A stretch of DNA of 64,000 bases from Alphaproteobacteria bacterium (GTDB lineage Bacteria; Pseudomonadota; Alphaproteobacteria; UBA828): NCBI GenBank assembly GCA_963422645.2, contig CAXXVO010000005.1, positions 320,001 to 384,000 on the forward strand, in the 5' to 3' direction. The position numbers and the translations under genes are program-made. The number at the start of each line of letters is the position of its first letter. Positions within the stretch are counted from its first letter, which is position 1. The notes beneath the pieces were generated by a model. The model saw only the letters and a program-made list of their open reading frames with translations. It did no database searches and had not been told where the DNA came from. Below, one piece after another: positions 39,735 to 50,195 of the stretch.

Positions 39735-41116
39735 GCGGCCCCGGCCGGCGGCCGGCGGCGCCCATGCCGCTCTACCCCTACCAGCACCGCTGGCTCGCCG
39801 ACCGCAGCCGCTTCAAGATCGGCATGTGGTCGCGCCAGATCGGCAAGACCTTCACCGCCACCCTGGAGATCGTCGACAGCGTCATGGAGGCCCGCGCGCG
39901 CGGCCGCGCCTCGCCCTGGCTGATCCTCTCGCGCGGCGACCGCCAGGCGCGAGAGGCCATGCGCGCCGGCATCCATGCCCACGCCCGCGCCTACGGGCTC
40001 GCGCTGGAGGCCCTGGAGTACGACCTGCGCGTCGGCGACCAGGTCTTCCGCGCCCACGAATGGGACGCAGGCTCGGGCAACGTGGTCACCGCGCTCCCCG
40101 CCAACCCGGACACCGCGCGCGGCTACTCCCGCAACGTCTATCTCGACGAGTTCGCCCTGCACCGCGACAGCCGCGCGATCTGGGGCGCGCTCTTCCCCTC
40201 GATCACCCGCGGCTGGAAGATCAGGATCACCTCCACGCCCAGGGGCAAGGCGGGCAAGTTCTACGAACTCATGACAAGCGACGACGGGCGCTGGTCGCGT
40301 CATGCCGTCGATATCCACCGCGCGGTCGCGGACGGCTACCCCGCCGATATCGACGAGCTGCGCGCGGGCCTCGCCGACGAGGACCTGTGGCGCCAGGAAT
40401 ACGAGTGCCAGTGGCTCGACGAGGCCTCGGCCTGGCTCCCCTACGACCTGATCGACGGCGCCGAAGACGAGGCGGCCGGCGAGCCTGCGGGCCACGCCGG
40501 CGGCCCCGTGTTCATCGGCAACGACATCGCGCGGCGCAACGATCTCTGGGTCGCCTGGGTGATCGAGACGGTCGGCGACGTCGCCTGGACCCGCGAGATC
40601 AGAACCCTCAGGGGCAAGACCTTCAGGGAGCAGGACGATACCCTCGATGCCCTGGTGGAGCGCTACAGACCGGTGCGCATCGCCATGGACCAGACCGGCA
40701 TGGGCGAGAAGCCGGTCGAGGACGCCAAACGCCGCTACGGCGCAACCCGTGTCGAGGGGGTGCTGTTCACCGGACCCCGCAAGCTCGACCTCGCCACCGC
40801 GCTGAAGGAGCGCTTCGAAGACCGCACCATCCGCGTGCCCTCCGGCGACCCGGTGCTCCGCGCCGACCTGCACGCCGTGCGCAAGACCGTCGGACCCACC
40901 GGCAGCCCCCGCCTCGCCGCCGACGGCGAGACCGACGGCCATGCCGACCGCTTCTGGGCCGCAGCGCTGGCCTGCGCGGCTGCCGCCGAAAGCCGCCCGC
41001 CCCCGGCCGGCGCCTGGGCGCAGGGCGATCCCCGCGACGCCTTCACACCCTCCCGCCTTGCCGGGCGCCAGCCCCTCACCATGTTCGGGCGGCCCGGTGA
41101 GGGGATGTGGCGGTGA
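39731..41116 (+). CDS. Mu gp28-like large terminase subunit
   Basis: LYPYQ, WSRQIGKT, LPANPDTARG, YLDEFA, QEYEC, DQTGMG, GHADRFWA. Confidence 0.92.
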   Translation: MSGPGRRPAAPMPLYPYQHRWLADRSRFKIGMWSRQIGKTFTATLEIVDSVMEARARGRASPWLILSRGDRQAREAMRAGIHAHARAYGLALEALEYDLRVGDQVFRAHEWDAGSGNVVTALPANPDTARGYSRNVYLDEFALHRDSRAIWGALFPSITRGWKIRITSTPRGKAGKFYELMTSDDGRWSRHAVDIHRAVADGYPADIDELRAGLADEDLWRQEYECQWLDEASAWLPYDLIDGAEDEAAGEPAGHAGGPVFIGNDIARRNDLWVAWVIETVGDVAWTREIRTLRGKTFREQDDTLDALVERYRPVRIAMDQTGMGEKPVEDAKRRYGATRVEGVLFTGPRKLDLATALKERFEDRTIRVPSGDPVLRADLHAVRKTVGPTGSPRLAADGETDGHADRFWAAALACAAAAESRPPPAGAWAQGDPRDAFTPSRLAGRQPLTMFGRPGEGMWR

Positions 41117-42537
41117 TCCGCTCCGCCCTCATCCGCATGCTCGGCGGAACCCCGCCGCCCGCCGCCGCCCTGCGCGAGGCGGCGGGCGGGACCGTCGACA
41201 GGGACGAGGACCAGTGGCGCCCGCTCACCGGAGACGGACGCCGCGACCTCTCGCCGCTGACCCAGAGCAGGATGAGGAAGCTCGCGACGCACCTCTGGGA
41301 AACCAACCTGCTCGCCCGCCAGCTCGTCGAGCTCCCCGTCGCCTTCCTCCTCGCCGACGGCGTGCGCGTGCGCGTCCCCGATCCGGACGCCCAGAAATGG
41401 CTCGACGCATGGTGGCGCGATCCCGTCACCGACATGCCGCTCCGCCTCCCCGAGCTCATGCGCGACCTCGCGCTCGCCGGCGAGACCGCATGGCCCGTCT
41501 TCGCAGACCCCGCCTCCGGCCACGTCCGCATGGCGTGGCTCGACCCCGACGCCGTCGAGACCGTGGTCATGGACCCCGACAACGCGTCCCGCCCCATCGG
41601 CATCGTGACGGTGAAGGACCGCAGGGGCGAAGCCCGGCGCTACCGCACCGCCGTCGGCGGACCCGAAACCGTCCTCGCGCCCGCCGCCCGCGCCATCCGC
41701 GAGACCATGACCTCGGGCGACATCCTCTACTTCCGCGCCAACGCCAGGCCCGGCGCATCCCGCGGACGCTCCGACCTGCTCGCCGCCATCGACTGGCTCG
41801 ACGGATACGAGCGACACCTCTTCGGAGAGATCGACCGCGCCCACTTCCTCCGCGCCTTCGTCTGGGACGTCACCATGACCGGCGCCAGTCAGGAAGAGGT
41901 CGAGAAGCGCGCCGCAAGGGCCACGGCGCCCACGCCCGGAACCGTCCGCGTCCACAACGAGAGCGAGACCTGGCAGCCCCTCGCCCCCGACCTCGGCGGC
42001 CGCGACCTCGACGCAACATCCCGCCTCTTCCGCAACCACCTGCTCGGCGGATCGGGACTGCCCGAGCACTGGTTCGGCGGCGGCGGCGACGTCAACCGCG
42101 CAACCGCCGCAGAGATGGGCGATCCCGCCTTCAAGACCCTCAAGATGCGCCAGAGGCTGTGGACCGAGATCCTGCGCCGTGCCGCAGACTACGCCATCGC
42201 CCGCAGGCTCGACCCCTCCGGCGCATCATGGCCCGATCCCGCAGACCCCGCCCTCGCCGTCTCCGTCGAATGGCCCGAGATGGTGGTCGCCGACGCCTCC
42301 CGACACGCCGCCGCGCTCGCCCAGACCGCAGGCGCCGCGGCGCTGGCCATCGAGCGCGGCCTGCTCTCGGACGCCACCGCGCTCCGCGTCATCGCCGCCG
42401 TCGCCGGGCGCCTCGGCGTCGAGATCGACGCCGACGCCGAACTCGAGGCGGCGCGCGAAGACGCCGCCGGACGGGCCGAAGAAGACGCCTTCCGCGAGCC
42501 CCCGCAGGACGAGGACGCCGACGACGGCGAGGCGTAG
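41107..42537 (+). CDS. Phage portal protein (putative)
   Basis: 476 aa between terminase and gpF; RGRSDL, GLPEHWFGGGGDVNRATA motifs. Confidence 0.75.
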   Translation: MAVIRSALIRMLGGTPPPAAALREAAGGTVDRDEDQWRPLTGDGRRDLSPLTQSRMRKLATHLWETNLLARQLVELPVAFLLADGVRVRVPDPDAQKWLDAWWRDPVTDMPLRLPELMRDLALAGETAWPVFADPASGHVRMAWLDPDAVETVVMDPDNASRPIGIVTVKDRRGEARRYRTAVGGPETVLAPAARAIRETMTSGDILYFRANARPGASRGRSDLLAAIDWLDGYERHLFGEIDRAHFLRAFVWDVTMTGASQEEVEKRAARATAPTPGTVRVHNESETWQPLAPDLGGRDLDATSRLFRNHLLGGSGLPEHWFGGGGDVNRATAAEMGDPAFKTLKMRQRLWTEILRRAADYAIARRLDPSGASWPDPADPALAVSVEWPEMVVADASRHAAALAQTAGAAALAIERGLLSDATALRVIAAVAGRLGVEIDADAELEAAREDAAGRAEEDAFREPPQDEDADDGEA

Positions 42538-42540
42538 CAC

Positions 42541-43479
42541 GTGGCTACCGACCGTCAGCGCCAGCGCAGGCTCAAGGGCGAGCGATCCCGCCGCGCCCGC
42601 GCCCTGCCCCGCATCCAGAAGGACACCGCCGCCGAGGTCGGCCGCATCCTCGGGCGCGCCGAGCGCGACATCCGGGCCACCCTCGCCGGCGCGCCCTCCG
42701 ATTACCAGGCATGGGCGCTGCCATCCCTCCAGGCCTCCGTCCGGGACGCCCTCGACAGCCTCGGCGCAGACGCCGGGCAGGCCATGGCCGAGGGCGCAAC
42801 CCGCGCCTGGGACGCCGGCATCGATACCGTGAACGCCCCCGTCGACGCCGCCATGCGCCTCGATGCCCCCGACTTCCGCATCGCCGCCGTCCTGCCCGAG
42901 GTCGACACCCGCCAGCTCCTCGCCATGCGATCCTTCCTCACCGCCAAAATGAAGGGCGTCTCCACCGCCCTCGCAAACCGCGTCAACACAGAACTCGGCC
43001 TGACCATGATCGGAACCCGCAGCGTCGGCGAGACCACCGGCCGCGTCGCCGCCATCCTCAAGAGCGGCGGCAGGTCCCGCGCCCTGACAATCGTGCGGAC
43101 CGAGCTCGGCCGCGCATACTCCATGGCCGGACAGCAGCGCATGGAGCAGGCCGGCGAGGTGCTGCCGGGCCTGAGGAAGCAATGGCGCCGATCCGGCAAG
43201 CTCCGCGCCCGTATCAATCACGACGCCATCGACGGGCAGGTCAGGGAGGTGGACAAGCCCTTCGCCGTCGGCGGCGCTTCGCTCATGTACCCCCGCGATC
43301 CCGCCGGACCCGCCGCCGAGACGATCAACTGCGGATGCCAGTCGCTGCCATGGATGGAAAGCTGGGAGGTCGAGAACCCCGGGCGAAAGCCGTTCTCCGA
43401 CGAGGAGATCGCACGCGACCCGCGGCGCGCCGATCTCGAAGGGAAGGAGGCCGGCGCGGGGACAACGCCGGCATCGTAG
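42541..43479 (+). CDS. Phage head morphogenesis protein (Mu gpF / SPP1 gp7 family)
   Basis: RALTIVRTELGRA, KQWRRSG..R..H..IDGQ....DKPF, LMYPRDP....ETINCGC. Confidence 0.85.
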   Translation: MATDRQRQRRLKGERSRRARALPRIQKDTAAEVGRILGRAERDIRATLAGAPSDYQAWALPSLQASVRDALDSLGADAGQAMAEGATRAWDAGIDTVNAPVDAAMRLDAPDFRIAAVLPEVDTRQLLAMRSFLTAKMKGVSTALANRVNTELGLTMIGTRSVGETTGRVAAILKSGGRSRALTIVRTELGRAYSMAGQQRMEQAGEVLPGLRKQWRRSGKLRARINHDAIDGQVREVDKPFAVGGASLMYPRDPAGPAAETINCGCQSLPWMESWEVENPGRKPFSDEEIARDPRRADLEGKEAGAGTTPAS

Positions 43480-43626
43480 ACCGGGCGAGGCGAAGCCCCG
43501 CGCCGCACCCCGATTTACCGGCGAATCCGCACCCCCGGAACCGCCCCGATTTACAGGCCTTTCAGCACCCCTGAAACGCCCCGAAAATCACCGTTTCCAG
43601 CCAATTCACGGCCCTTTCCGGGCCGG

Positions 43627-43736
43627 ATTCGCAAAGACTTTCGTCCGGCCCGCCAGACCCCGGAAACGCCGCCAACCCCTTGACCGTCCGCCATCTTCCG
43701 CCTTCTTCCCGGCATCTTCCGGATTCGCAATGACTT
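43627..43736 (-). repeat. Putative transposase-binding sites at the right prophage end
   Basis: ATTCGCAAAGACTT (43627-43640) and ATTCGCAATGACTT (43723-43736), the inverse of the left-end core; 96-bp spacing; outer site 13 bp from the terminus. Confidence 0.85.
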
Positions 43737-45089
43737 TCGTCCCCCTACACTGGAGCATGTCGCGGACCGCTTCGACCTCCGCCGCGACATCCGCTTCGAG
43801 ACGACCGTGACCGAAGCGGCCTTCGACGAGGCGGCAGGATGCTGGCGAATCGCCACCGAGGACGGGACGCAAATCAGCAGCACCTATTGCGTCATGGCCA
43901 CGGGGTGCCTCTCAGCCGTCAATCGCCCCGCCTTCGATGGCCTCGATCGCTTCACCGGAGAGTGGTACCACACCGGTGCCTGGCCCCATGAAAAGGTCTC
44001 CTTCGCCGGCAAGAATGTCGGCATCGTCGGCACCGGCTCCTCCGCCATCCAGTCGATTCCGCTGATCGCGGCGGAGGCAAGCCACCTTACCGTCTTCCAG
44101 CGCCAGCCGAATTACACCATTCCCGCCCGCAACGGGCCGCTGGACGAGGCGGAATACGCCGCCGTCAGGGCCAGCTACGGGGAACTGCGCCGGCGTGCGA
44201 AGCAAACAGTGACGGGCTCCTGGTGGCATCCGAACCCCTTGGCTTCAACCGAGATGTGCGCCGAGGAACGCCAGCGCGAGATGGAGACCCGCTGGCAAAA
44301 GGGTGGCCTCAGCTTCTACGGCGTCTTTGACGACGTGCTGGTCGACGGCGAGGCAAACGGTATCGCGACCGAGTTCATCCGCAGCAAGATTCGCGAGCAG
44401 GTGCGCGATCCGGACCTGGCGGCGCAGCTCTCGCCGCACTCCTACATGGGCTGCAAGAGGATCTGCCTCGATACCGACTACTACGAGACCTTCAACCGGC
44501 CCAATGTGACGCTGGTCGATATCAGCGACGCGCCGATCGAAGAGATCACGCCTGCCGGCCTTCGTACCGGCGGCAAGGAGTACGCGTTCGACGCCATCGT
44601 TTTCGCCATCGGCTTCGACGCGATGACCGGCCCCCTGCTCAGTATCGACATTCGCGGCACCGACGGGCGGACGCTGAGGGAGAAGTGGGCCGACGGGCCC
44701 CGGACATACTTGGGAGTCGCGGTCGCGGGCTTCCCCAACCTGTTTACGGTCACGGGCCCCACCAGCCCGTCGGTGCTCACCAGCATGGTCCCCACCATCG
44801 AGCAGCATGTCGAGTGGATCTCAGACTGCATTGCCCACGCGCGCGCCAGCGGGCGCCCTCACATCGAGGCAACCCGCGAGGCGGAGGACGCATGGATGGT
44901 TCACCACGAAGAGGTGGCAGCCGAAACGCTCTTCCCCTCATGCAACTCGTGGTATGTCGGCGCCAACGTTCCCGGCAAGCCGCGCAAGGTGACGCCCTAC
45001 ACGGGCGGTTTCTCGACCTATATCGAGAAGTGCGACGCCGTCGTCGCCAACGGCTACGAGGGGTTTACGCTGACCACCGCGTAGGTCGC

Positions 45090-45153
45090 CCGCGCCTGAA
45101 AGGTCGTGGGCGCGGAATCAAGAGACATCCGCGCCTGAAAGGTCGCGGGCGCG
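45090..45153. repeat. Two tandem 25-bp palindromic (REP-like) units between convergent genes
   Basis: CCGCGCCTGAAAGGTCGYGGGCGCG at 45090-45114 and 45129-45153. Confidence 0.7.
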
Positions 45154-45180
45154 AACGGCAGTCCCGCTGAGGCAGGCGCC

Positions 45181-45621
45181 CTAAGCGTCCCCACTCCATC
45201 CCGGCGGCGGATCGCAGGGCTCGGTGCCCATGTCGGCGGGCACGGAGATTTCGATCAGGTCGAAGGTCTCCGAGGTCGCGATCTCGTTGTGCGGGGTGCC
45301 GCCCGGGATGTAGAGCGAATCCCCTTCCTCGATGCGGATGGTCTCGTGCTCGAAGGTGAGGTCGATCCAGCCGTCCAGCATGTAGACGATCTGCCCCTCG
45401 CAGACATGCGTGTGCCAGCCGGTCGGCCGCGTGAGTCCGACCTTGGCCGTGGTGATCTGTGCGCGGATGCGCCCGCCGCTCGCCGCCGTGACGCCGAGGT
45501 CGCGGTAGGTCATGAAGTCGCGCCGCCCCGGCACGAAGGTGGGGTCGTTCTTTCTGACAAGGGTGAAGGGTGATTCTGGCGTGGCCGGGCTTGCAGCCGC
45601 AGCAATCTGGGCCTTGGTCAT
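45181..45621 (-). CDS. Cupin domain protein
   Basis: YRDLGV, TGWHTHVCEGQIVYMLDGW, GDSLYIPGGTPHNE. Confidence 0.85.
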   Translation of the reverse strand: MTKAQIAAAASPATPESPFTLVRKNDPTFVPGRRDFMTYRDLGVTAASGGRIRAQITTAKVGLTRPTGWHTHVCEGQIVYMLDGWIDLTFEHETIRIEEGDSLYIPGGTPHNEIATSETFDLIEISVPADMGTEPCDPPPGWSGDA

Positions 45622-45762
45622 GGCGCGGGCTCCTTTCCGCCGGGGATTGCAGGCATGGTAGGAAGCGCCGGCTGGCGTGACAAGGCGATCGCCGTCGTTC
45701 GGCGTGCCGCTATGACCCTGAGGAGCGCTCACCCGGCCGGTCTCGACCGCCGGGGTGCGCGT

Positions 45763-46002
45763 TCAGAGCGTGTTGTGGGTGCCGTCGCAGTGCGGCTTGC
45801 TCCCGGTCCGCTTGCAGCCGCAGAGCCAAGCAGTCTCGCTCTCCTCGGCGGTGAAGACGATCGGGCGGATGTCGGTGACCTTGTGCGAGCCGTCGCAGAA
45901 GGGCTGGGTGGCGCTCAGGCCGCAGGCGCACCAGAAGTATTTCTCCCCGGCGACGAGCTCTGTTTCGTAGGGTTCTGCCTGGGCGACGACGGCTTCGCTC
46001 AT
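45763..46002 (-). CDS. CDGSH (NEET) iron-sulfur protein with two motifs
   Basis: WCACGLSATQPFCDGSH and LCGCKRTGSKPHCDGTH. Confidence 0.92.
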   Translation of the reverse strand: MSEAVVAQAEPYETELVAGEKYFWCACGLSATQPFCDGSHKVTDIRPIVFTAEESETAWLCGCKRTGSKPHCDGTHNTL

Positions 46003-46219
46003 GGTGTAGTGCCTCGACAGTCTGCAGGGATCCGATCGACGAACTTCACTCTAGCCCGCATTTCTCACCAATGTCACGGCCTGCGTCTTGCCCAGGCGTT
46101 CCATCCTCCAGGAGCCGGCGAACACGCATATCGGGGACTACGGTTAAGACCCGCATCGTGCGCCCCGCGTGCGTGGACGCACGATCACCTGTCCTTGAGA
46201 GCCGAATTGCGGACCGCAC

Positions 46220-47473
46220 TCAAACCGTGCACCAGGACGAGCCTTCGATCCCGCCGACAGGCCGGCCGGCCTTGATGTGGATGCGGCGGCCGGGGAGGCG
46301 CCGCAGGACGTCGACCAGGTTCGTCGCCTCGAAGACCACCAGGTCGGCCGGCGACCCGGCTGCGACGGCAGGCACGGGCGCGCCGATGATCCTTGCCGCT
46401 CGCGTGGTCACCATCTCAAAGCCTTCCCGGACCTCTTCGTCGAGCCTCATGCCGGCGCTGTGCACGGTCATGTAGGCGAGCTCCACCGGGTCCATCCGAT
46501 TAAAGCGGTACCAGATGTCGTACATGTTGTCGGCGCCTGCGGCGACGTTGATTCCGGCGTCGAGCAACTCCTTCACCCGTGAAGAGCCCCTGTTCTGGGG
46601 CGTCCGGCCCTCACCGCCCAGCATCTGGAGATTGGCGATCGGCAGCACGGCGACCGACATGTCGGCGTCCAGCACCTTGTCGATCACCCGCGCCGCCTCC
46701 TCGTCGGGGTAGACCGCGAGCGCGTTGCAGTGGCTGGCGACGACCTTGCCCTGCATGCCGTGGGCGATCGTGGCTTCGGCCAGCATCTCCAGCGTCTTGA
46801 GCTCGGCCCGGTCCATGTAGTCGGCGTGCATCTCCACGCCCACGTCGAATTCGGCGGCGAGATCCAGCACCGTCTCGACGTGCGTGCGCTGGTCTTCGAC
46901 CGAGGCCTCGACCTCCGGCAGGCCGCCCACCGCCGCAGCGCCCATGTCGAGCGCCTCGCGCAGCAGCGCCGGCGCCTCCGGGTCCGCGACGATCCCTTCC
47001 TGAGGGAAGGCCACGAGGGTAACGTCGACGACGCCGGCGAAGCGGTCGCGCGCCCGCATCACGCCTTCGAACGAGACCAGCCTGGTCGCGAAGTCCACGT
47101 CGATCTGGGCGTGCAGGCGGCCGATACCGTGGGCCGCGGCGAGCCTGAGGGCGGTGCTCGCGCGCTCCTCCACGTCGGCAACGGCAAAATGGACCTTGGC
47201 TTCGCGGGCGCGGTCCAAGGCTTCCTGCGGCCCGCGCGCACCGAGCAGGTCGCGGCTCAGGACCTTGTCGATGTGGAAGTGGGGATCGACGAAGGAGGGC
47301 GTGACCAGCCCGCCGCGTGCATCGATGCGCGCCGCCGCGTGGCCGTCGAGGTCAGGCTCGACCGCCTCGATGCGTCCGTCGCGGATGCCGATGGAGACCG
47401 GCGCTTCATCGTCGAGGCGCACAGCGTCGTGGATAAGAAGGTCCCACTCGGGGCCCGGAGCCGCGTCGGTCAT
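46220..47473 (-). CDS. Cytosine/creatinine deaminase-like amidohydrolase
   Basis: FVDPHFHIDK, VAFPQEG, MHAD, SHCNAL, AGADN. Confidence 0.85.
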   Translation of the reverse strand: MTDAAPGPEWDLLIHDAVRLDDEAPVSIGIRDGRIEAVEPDLDGHAAARIDARGGLVTPSFVDPHFHIDKVLSRDLLGARGPQEALDRAREAKVHFAVADVEERASTALRLAAAHGIGRLHAQIDVDFATRLVSFEGVMRARDRFAGVVDVTLVAFPQEGIVADPEAPALLREALDMGAAAVGGLPEVEASVEDQRTHVETVLDLAAEFDVGVEMHADYMDRAELKTLEMLAEATIAHGMQGKVVASHCNALAVYPDEEAARVIDKVLDADMSVAVLPIANLQMLGGEGRTPQNRGSSRVKELLDAGINVAAGADNMYDIWYRFNRMDPVELAYMTVHSAGMRLDEEVREGFEMVTTRAARIIGAPVPAVAAGSPADLVVFEATNLVDVLRRLPGRRIHIKAGRPVGGIEGSSWCTV

Positions 47474-47512
47474 GTCTCCTCCGTCATCAATATGTTTGTC
47501 GGGTGCGTGTCG

Positions 47513-48718
47513 TCACTCCCAGTAGATCGGCGAAGTGGTAATGACCTCGACGCCGTCCCTGTGGACGATCAGGTTCTGCTCGAAGCCCACCGCGCCGACC
47601 CCCTCCCAGGCGAGGAAGGCCTCGGAACTGCAGACCATGTTCTCCTGAATCAGCTGGTCTTCATCGCAGGTCGAAAGCCCGTACATCGGGTTCTCGAACA
47701 TCATGTCGCAGAGGTGGCCGTAGAGCGGCCATTGCAGGCCGGCCTGATCGACCGTGTCGCCGCCGCCTGCCTCCCTGGTCAGCCGGTCGCCCTCGCGCGC
47801 GAGCTCGTGGGGCGAGACGCCCGGGCGGATCTTCGCCATCACGCCGTCGACGATGCCCATGCAGGCTTCCATCAGCTCGCGCTGGGTGCTGCTCGGCCTG
47901 CGCCCGCACACCGCCGTCCGCCCCGGATCCAGGAAGTACCCGTGGCGCATCGGCCCCATGATCCAGCCCCGCACGAAATCGCCGTCCTTCGGCGCCGAGT
48001 CCGGGTCGGCGCCGCTCAGCGGATAGCGGCTGAAGTTGTTCATCTCGTCGCCGGTGCCGTGGGAGAGGCGGATGATCGCGGGAATGCCGCCCCGGCGCAC
48101 CACCTCGGCCGCGCCGGCGGCGGCGGCCTCAGCTTCGGTCTGACCCGAGACCAGCCCCTCCATGATGAGCGTCAGCGCGCGGCTCGCGATATCGCCCGCC
48201 TCGCGGAAGACATCGAGCTCGCGCGCGCTCTTGACGTGCTGCACCGACTTGACGAGGTCGTCCTCCGGCCGCCAATCGATGCGCGGACACCATTCGCGCA
48301 GCCAGTCCATGTACTTGCAGGGCAGAAAGTCCGTACCGACGATGGCGACCGGGCCGGTGATCCCCTGCTCATTGAGCGCGTCGGCGGTACCCTTGATCGG
48401 GTTCTGGTGCCAGTGCCAGTTGTCGGTCGCGAGCCAATCCGCCGGCTCCAGGAGTTCGTCGTTGTGGAGCTCGGGCTCCCGGCCCGCGCGCATGATCACG
48501 GCGTTGTGGCCGCGCCCCTGCCAGAGGTTGTTGTCCGGCGTCTGACCGGGGTGCCCCGAATAGTGGTTCACCAGCCAGAGCAGGTTGGCGCAGCGGTCGT
48601 AGGAGCTCGCGCCTCGCGACCAGATGACGGCGGTCTCGTAACCGCGCCGCGCCATCTCGCCCTCGACCTTGGCCCAGCGCGCCTCGTATTCCTCTCTGGG
48701 AAAGACTTGGCTCGTCAT
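47513..48718 (-). CDS. M24-fold hydrolase (creatinase/Xaa-Pro peptidase-like)
   Basis: FPREEYEARW, VKSARELDVFREA, GYFLDPGRT, GFEQN. Confidence 0.8.
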   Translation of the reverse strand: MTSQVFPREEYEARWAKVEGEMARRGYETAVIWSRGASSYDRCANLLWLVNHYSGHPGQTPDNNLWQGRGHNAVIMRAGREPELHNDELLEPADWLATDNWHWHQNPIKGTADALNEQGITGPVAIVGTDFLPCKYMDWLREWCPRIDWRPEDDLVKSVQHVKSARELDVFREAGDIASRALTLIMEGLVSGQTEAEAAAAGAAEVVRRGGIPAIIRLSHGTGDEMNNFSRYPLSGADPDSAPKDGDFVRGWIMGPMRHGYFLDPGRTAVCGRRPSSTQRELMEACMGIVDGVMAKIRPGVSPHELAREGDRLTREAGGGDTVDQAGLQWPLYGHLCDMMFENPMYGLSTCDEDQLIQENMVCSSEAFLAWEGVGAVGFEQNLIVHRDGVEVITTSPIYWE

Positions 48719-48787
48719 GGCCGCCCCCTTCGACCTGCCGTCGCGGAAGGTTACTTCCATCGGCGGCATTCCACCAACGGGCGGTCG

Positions 48788-49153
48788 CTAGCGCGGCGTC
48801 CTCGACCACAATTGGGCGCGCGAAGTCGGCTTCTCCGACAAGTCGAGCCATTCGGCCTCGACCATGATCGCCAGGGACTCGCGGAGCGAGCGGCCGGATA
48901 CCAGGTACTTGCTGATCTTGCCGGGCGGTAGCGTCAGATCGCGCTCCTTCAGCACGCCCGAGACATACGCACGGATCTCGGCGAAGGAGCGGGGTTCGGC
49001 GAGGATCGGCGCGAGCAGCCCGTCGAACTCACCCGGCGCAAGCGGTGTCTCCCATTCGACCGTGATCTTCTGCTCGAAGCTGTAGCTGCCTTCGAGCAGG
49101 ATCGCATCGGTGCCCGGCCGGCCGGCCCGCCTAGCGCGACGCGCCTGAGCCAT
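48788..49153 (-). CDS. Hypothetical protein
   Basis: Protein-like composition; overlaps the LysR 3' end; probable ATG at 49153. Confidence 0.5.
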   Translation of the reverse strand: MAQARRARRAGRPGTDAILLEGSYSFEQKITVEWETPLAPGEFDGLLAPILAEPRSFAEIRAYVSGVLKERDLTLPPGKISKYLVSGRSLRESLAIMVEAEWLDLSEKPTSRAQLWSRTPR

Positions 49154-50076
49154 GGGGCAGCGCCTTGGGTCCGTGCACTTTGGTTCGGGTGAGCCTGCGG
49201 TCGAGCACCTCGACAATGGCGGCCGTCAGCGCGCGAATGGCACCGGTCGCCCCGACGGGGTTCCAGAAGAGGCCGATATCGAAGTCGTCCAGAGCGGGGA
49301 GCTCCGCGCACGGTGGCATCGAGCGCAGCGTGGGCGGCACGGTGCTCTGCGAAATCGCCGTGAGGCCGAGGCCGCTTTCGATCGCCGCCTGGTTGCCGGC
49401 CAGGTTGGAGCTGGAATAGACGATCCTGTAAGGGATGTCCCGCCGCCGCAGCGCGCTGAGCACGCGCAGCCGGTACTGGCAGCCATCCGGGAAGAGAACC
49501 AGCGGGAGCGGGCGCCGCGCGCGCAGATCGTGGGCCTGGCTGCCGACCCAGGTCATCGGCTCGCGCCATTGATCCGTCAGATGGACGGTCGATCTGTCGT
49601 CGTGCACAGCCAGCACGACGTCGAACTCGTTCCGGGCCAACCCCGCCGATCAGGTCGCGGCTCAGCTCGCAGGTCACGTCGAGCGCAACATCCGGGTGGG
49701 TTTCGGAGAACCGGCCGAGCAGCTGGGGCAGGAACGAGAGCGCGAAATCGCTCGGGATGCCGACGCGAATCGTCCCGGTCAGGATGCCGCCGTCCAGGCG
49801 GCCGACACACTCGTCGTTCAACGCGACGATCTGCTTGGCGTACTCGAGGACGATCTCGCCTTGTGGCGTGAGACCGAAGGACTTGCCCGAATTGGCGAGG
49901 ATCGGCGCGCCCACGATCTGCTGCAGGCGCCGCATCTGCAGGCTCACTGCCGACTGCGAGCGTCCGATCTCACCGCCGGTCCGCGAGAAGCTCTGCGTCC
50001 GCGCCAGGACGAGCAGTGTTCTCAACAGGTCGATCGGGAGGATGCGTTCCATTGGTGCATCATGAGCGTCACTCAT
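49131..50076 (-). pseudogene. LysR-family regulator with a +1 frameshift at 49641-49644 (real or sequencing error)
   Basis: HTH LLRTL....SFS..G..IGRSQSAVSLQMRRL in one frame; LARNEFDVVL...WV...LPLVLFPDGC in another; an extra G in GGGG explains the shift. Confidence 0.85.
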
Positions 50077-50195
50077 GGAGCTATATCGACTATTAATAAG
50101 GACAATCAATCGGTCGGTGCTATTGCTGGTCGCCGCCACCTCGTAAAGTGACGGGATCCACTGCCGAGAATAACAACAATAAGGAGGGAGGCGCC

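Noticed and set aside
36895-43479. Gene transfer agent
   Set aside because: Mu-type ends, TSD inside a host gene and absence of capsid/tail genes do not fit an RcGTA-like cluster.
40941-43574. 877-aa plus-strand ORF
   Set aside because: Arg/Pro-rich off-frame product caused by T-poor, C-rich codon usage in the portal and gpF genes.
48949-50139. 396-aa LysR as an intact protein
   Set aside because: Sequence after DLIGG is out-of-frame; the true C-terminal domain is in the 49131-49640 frame.
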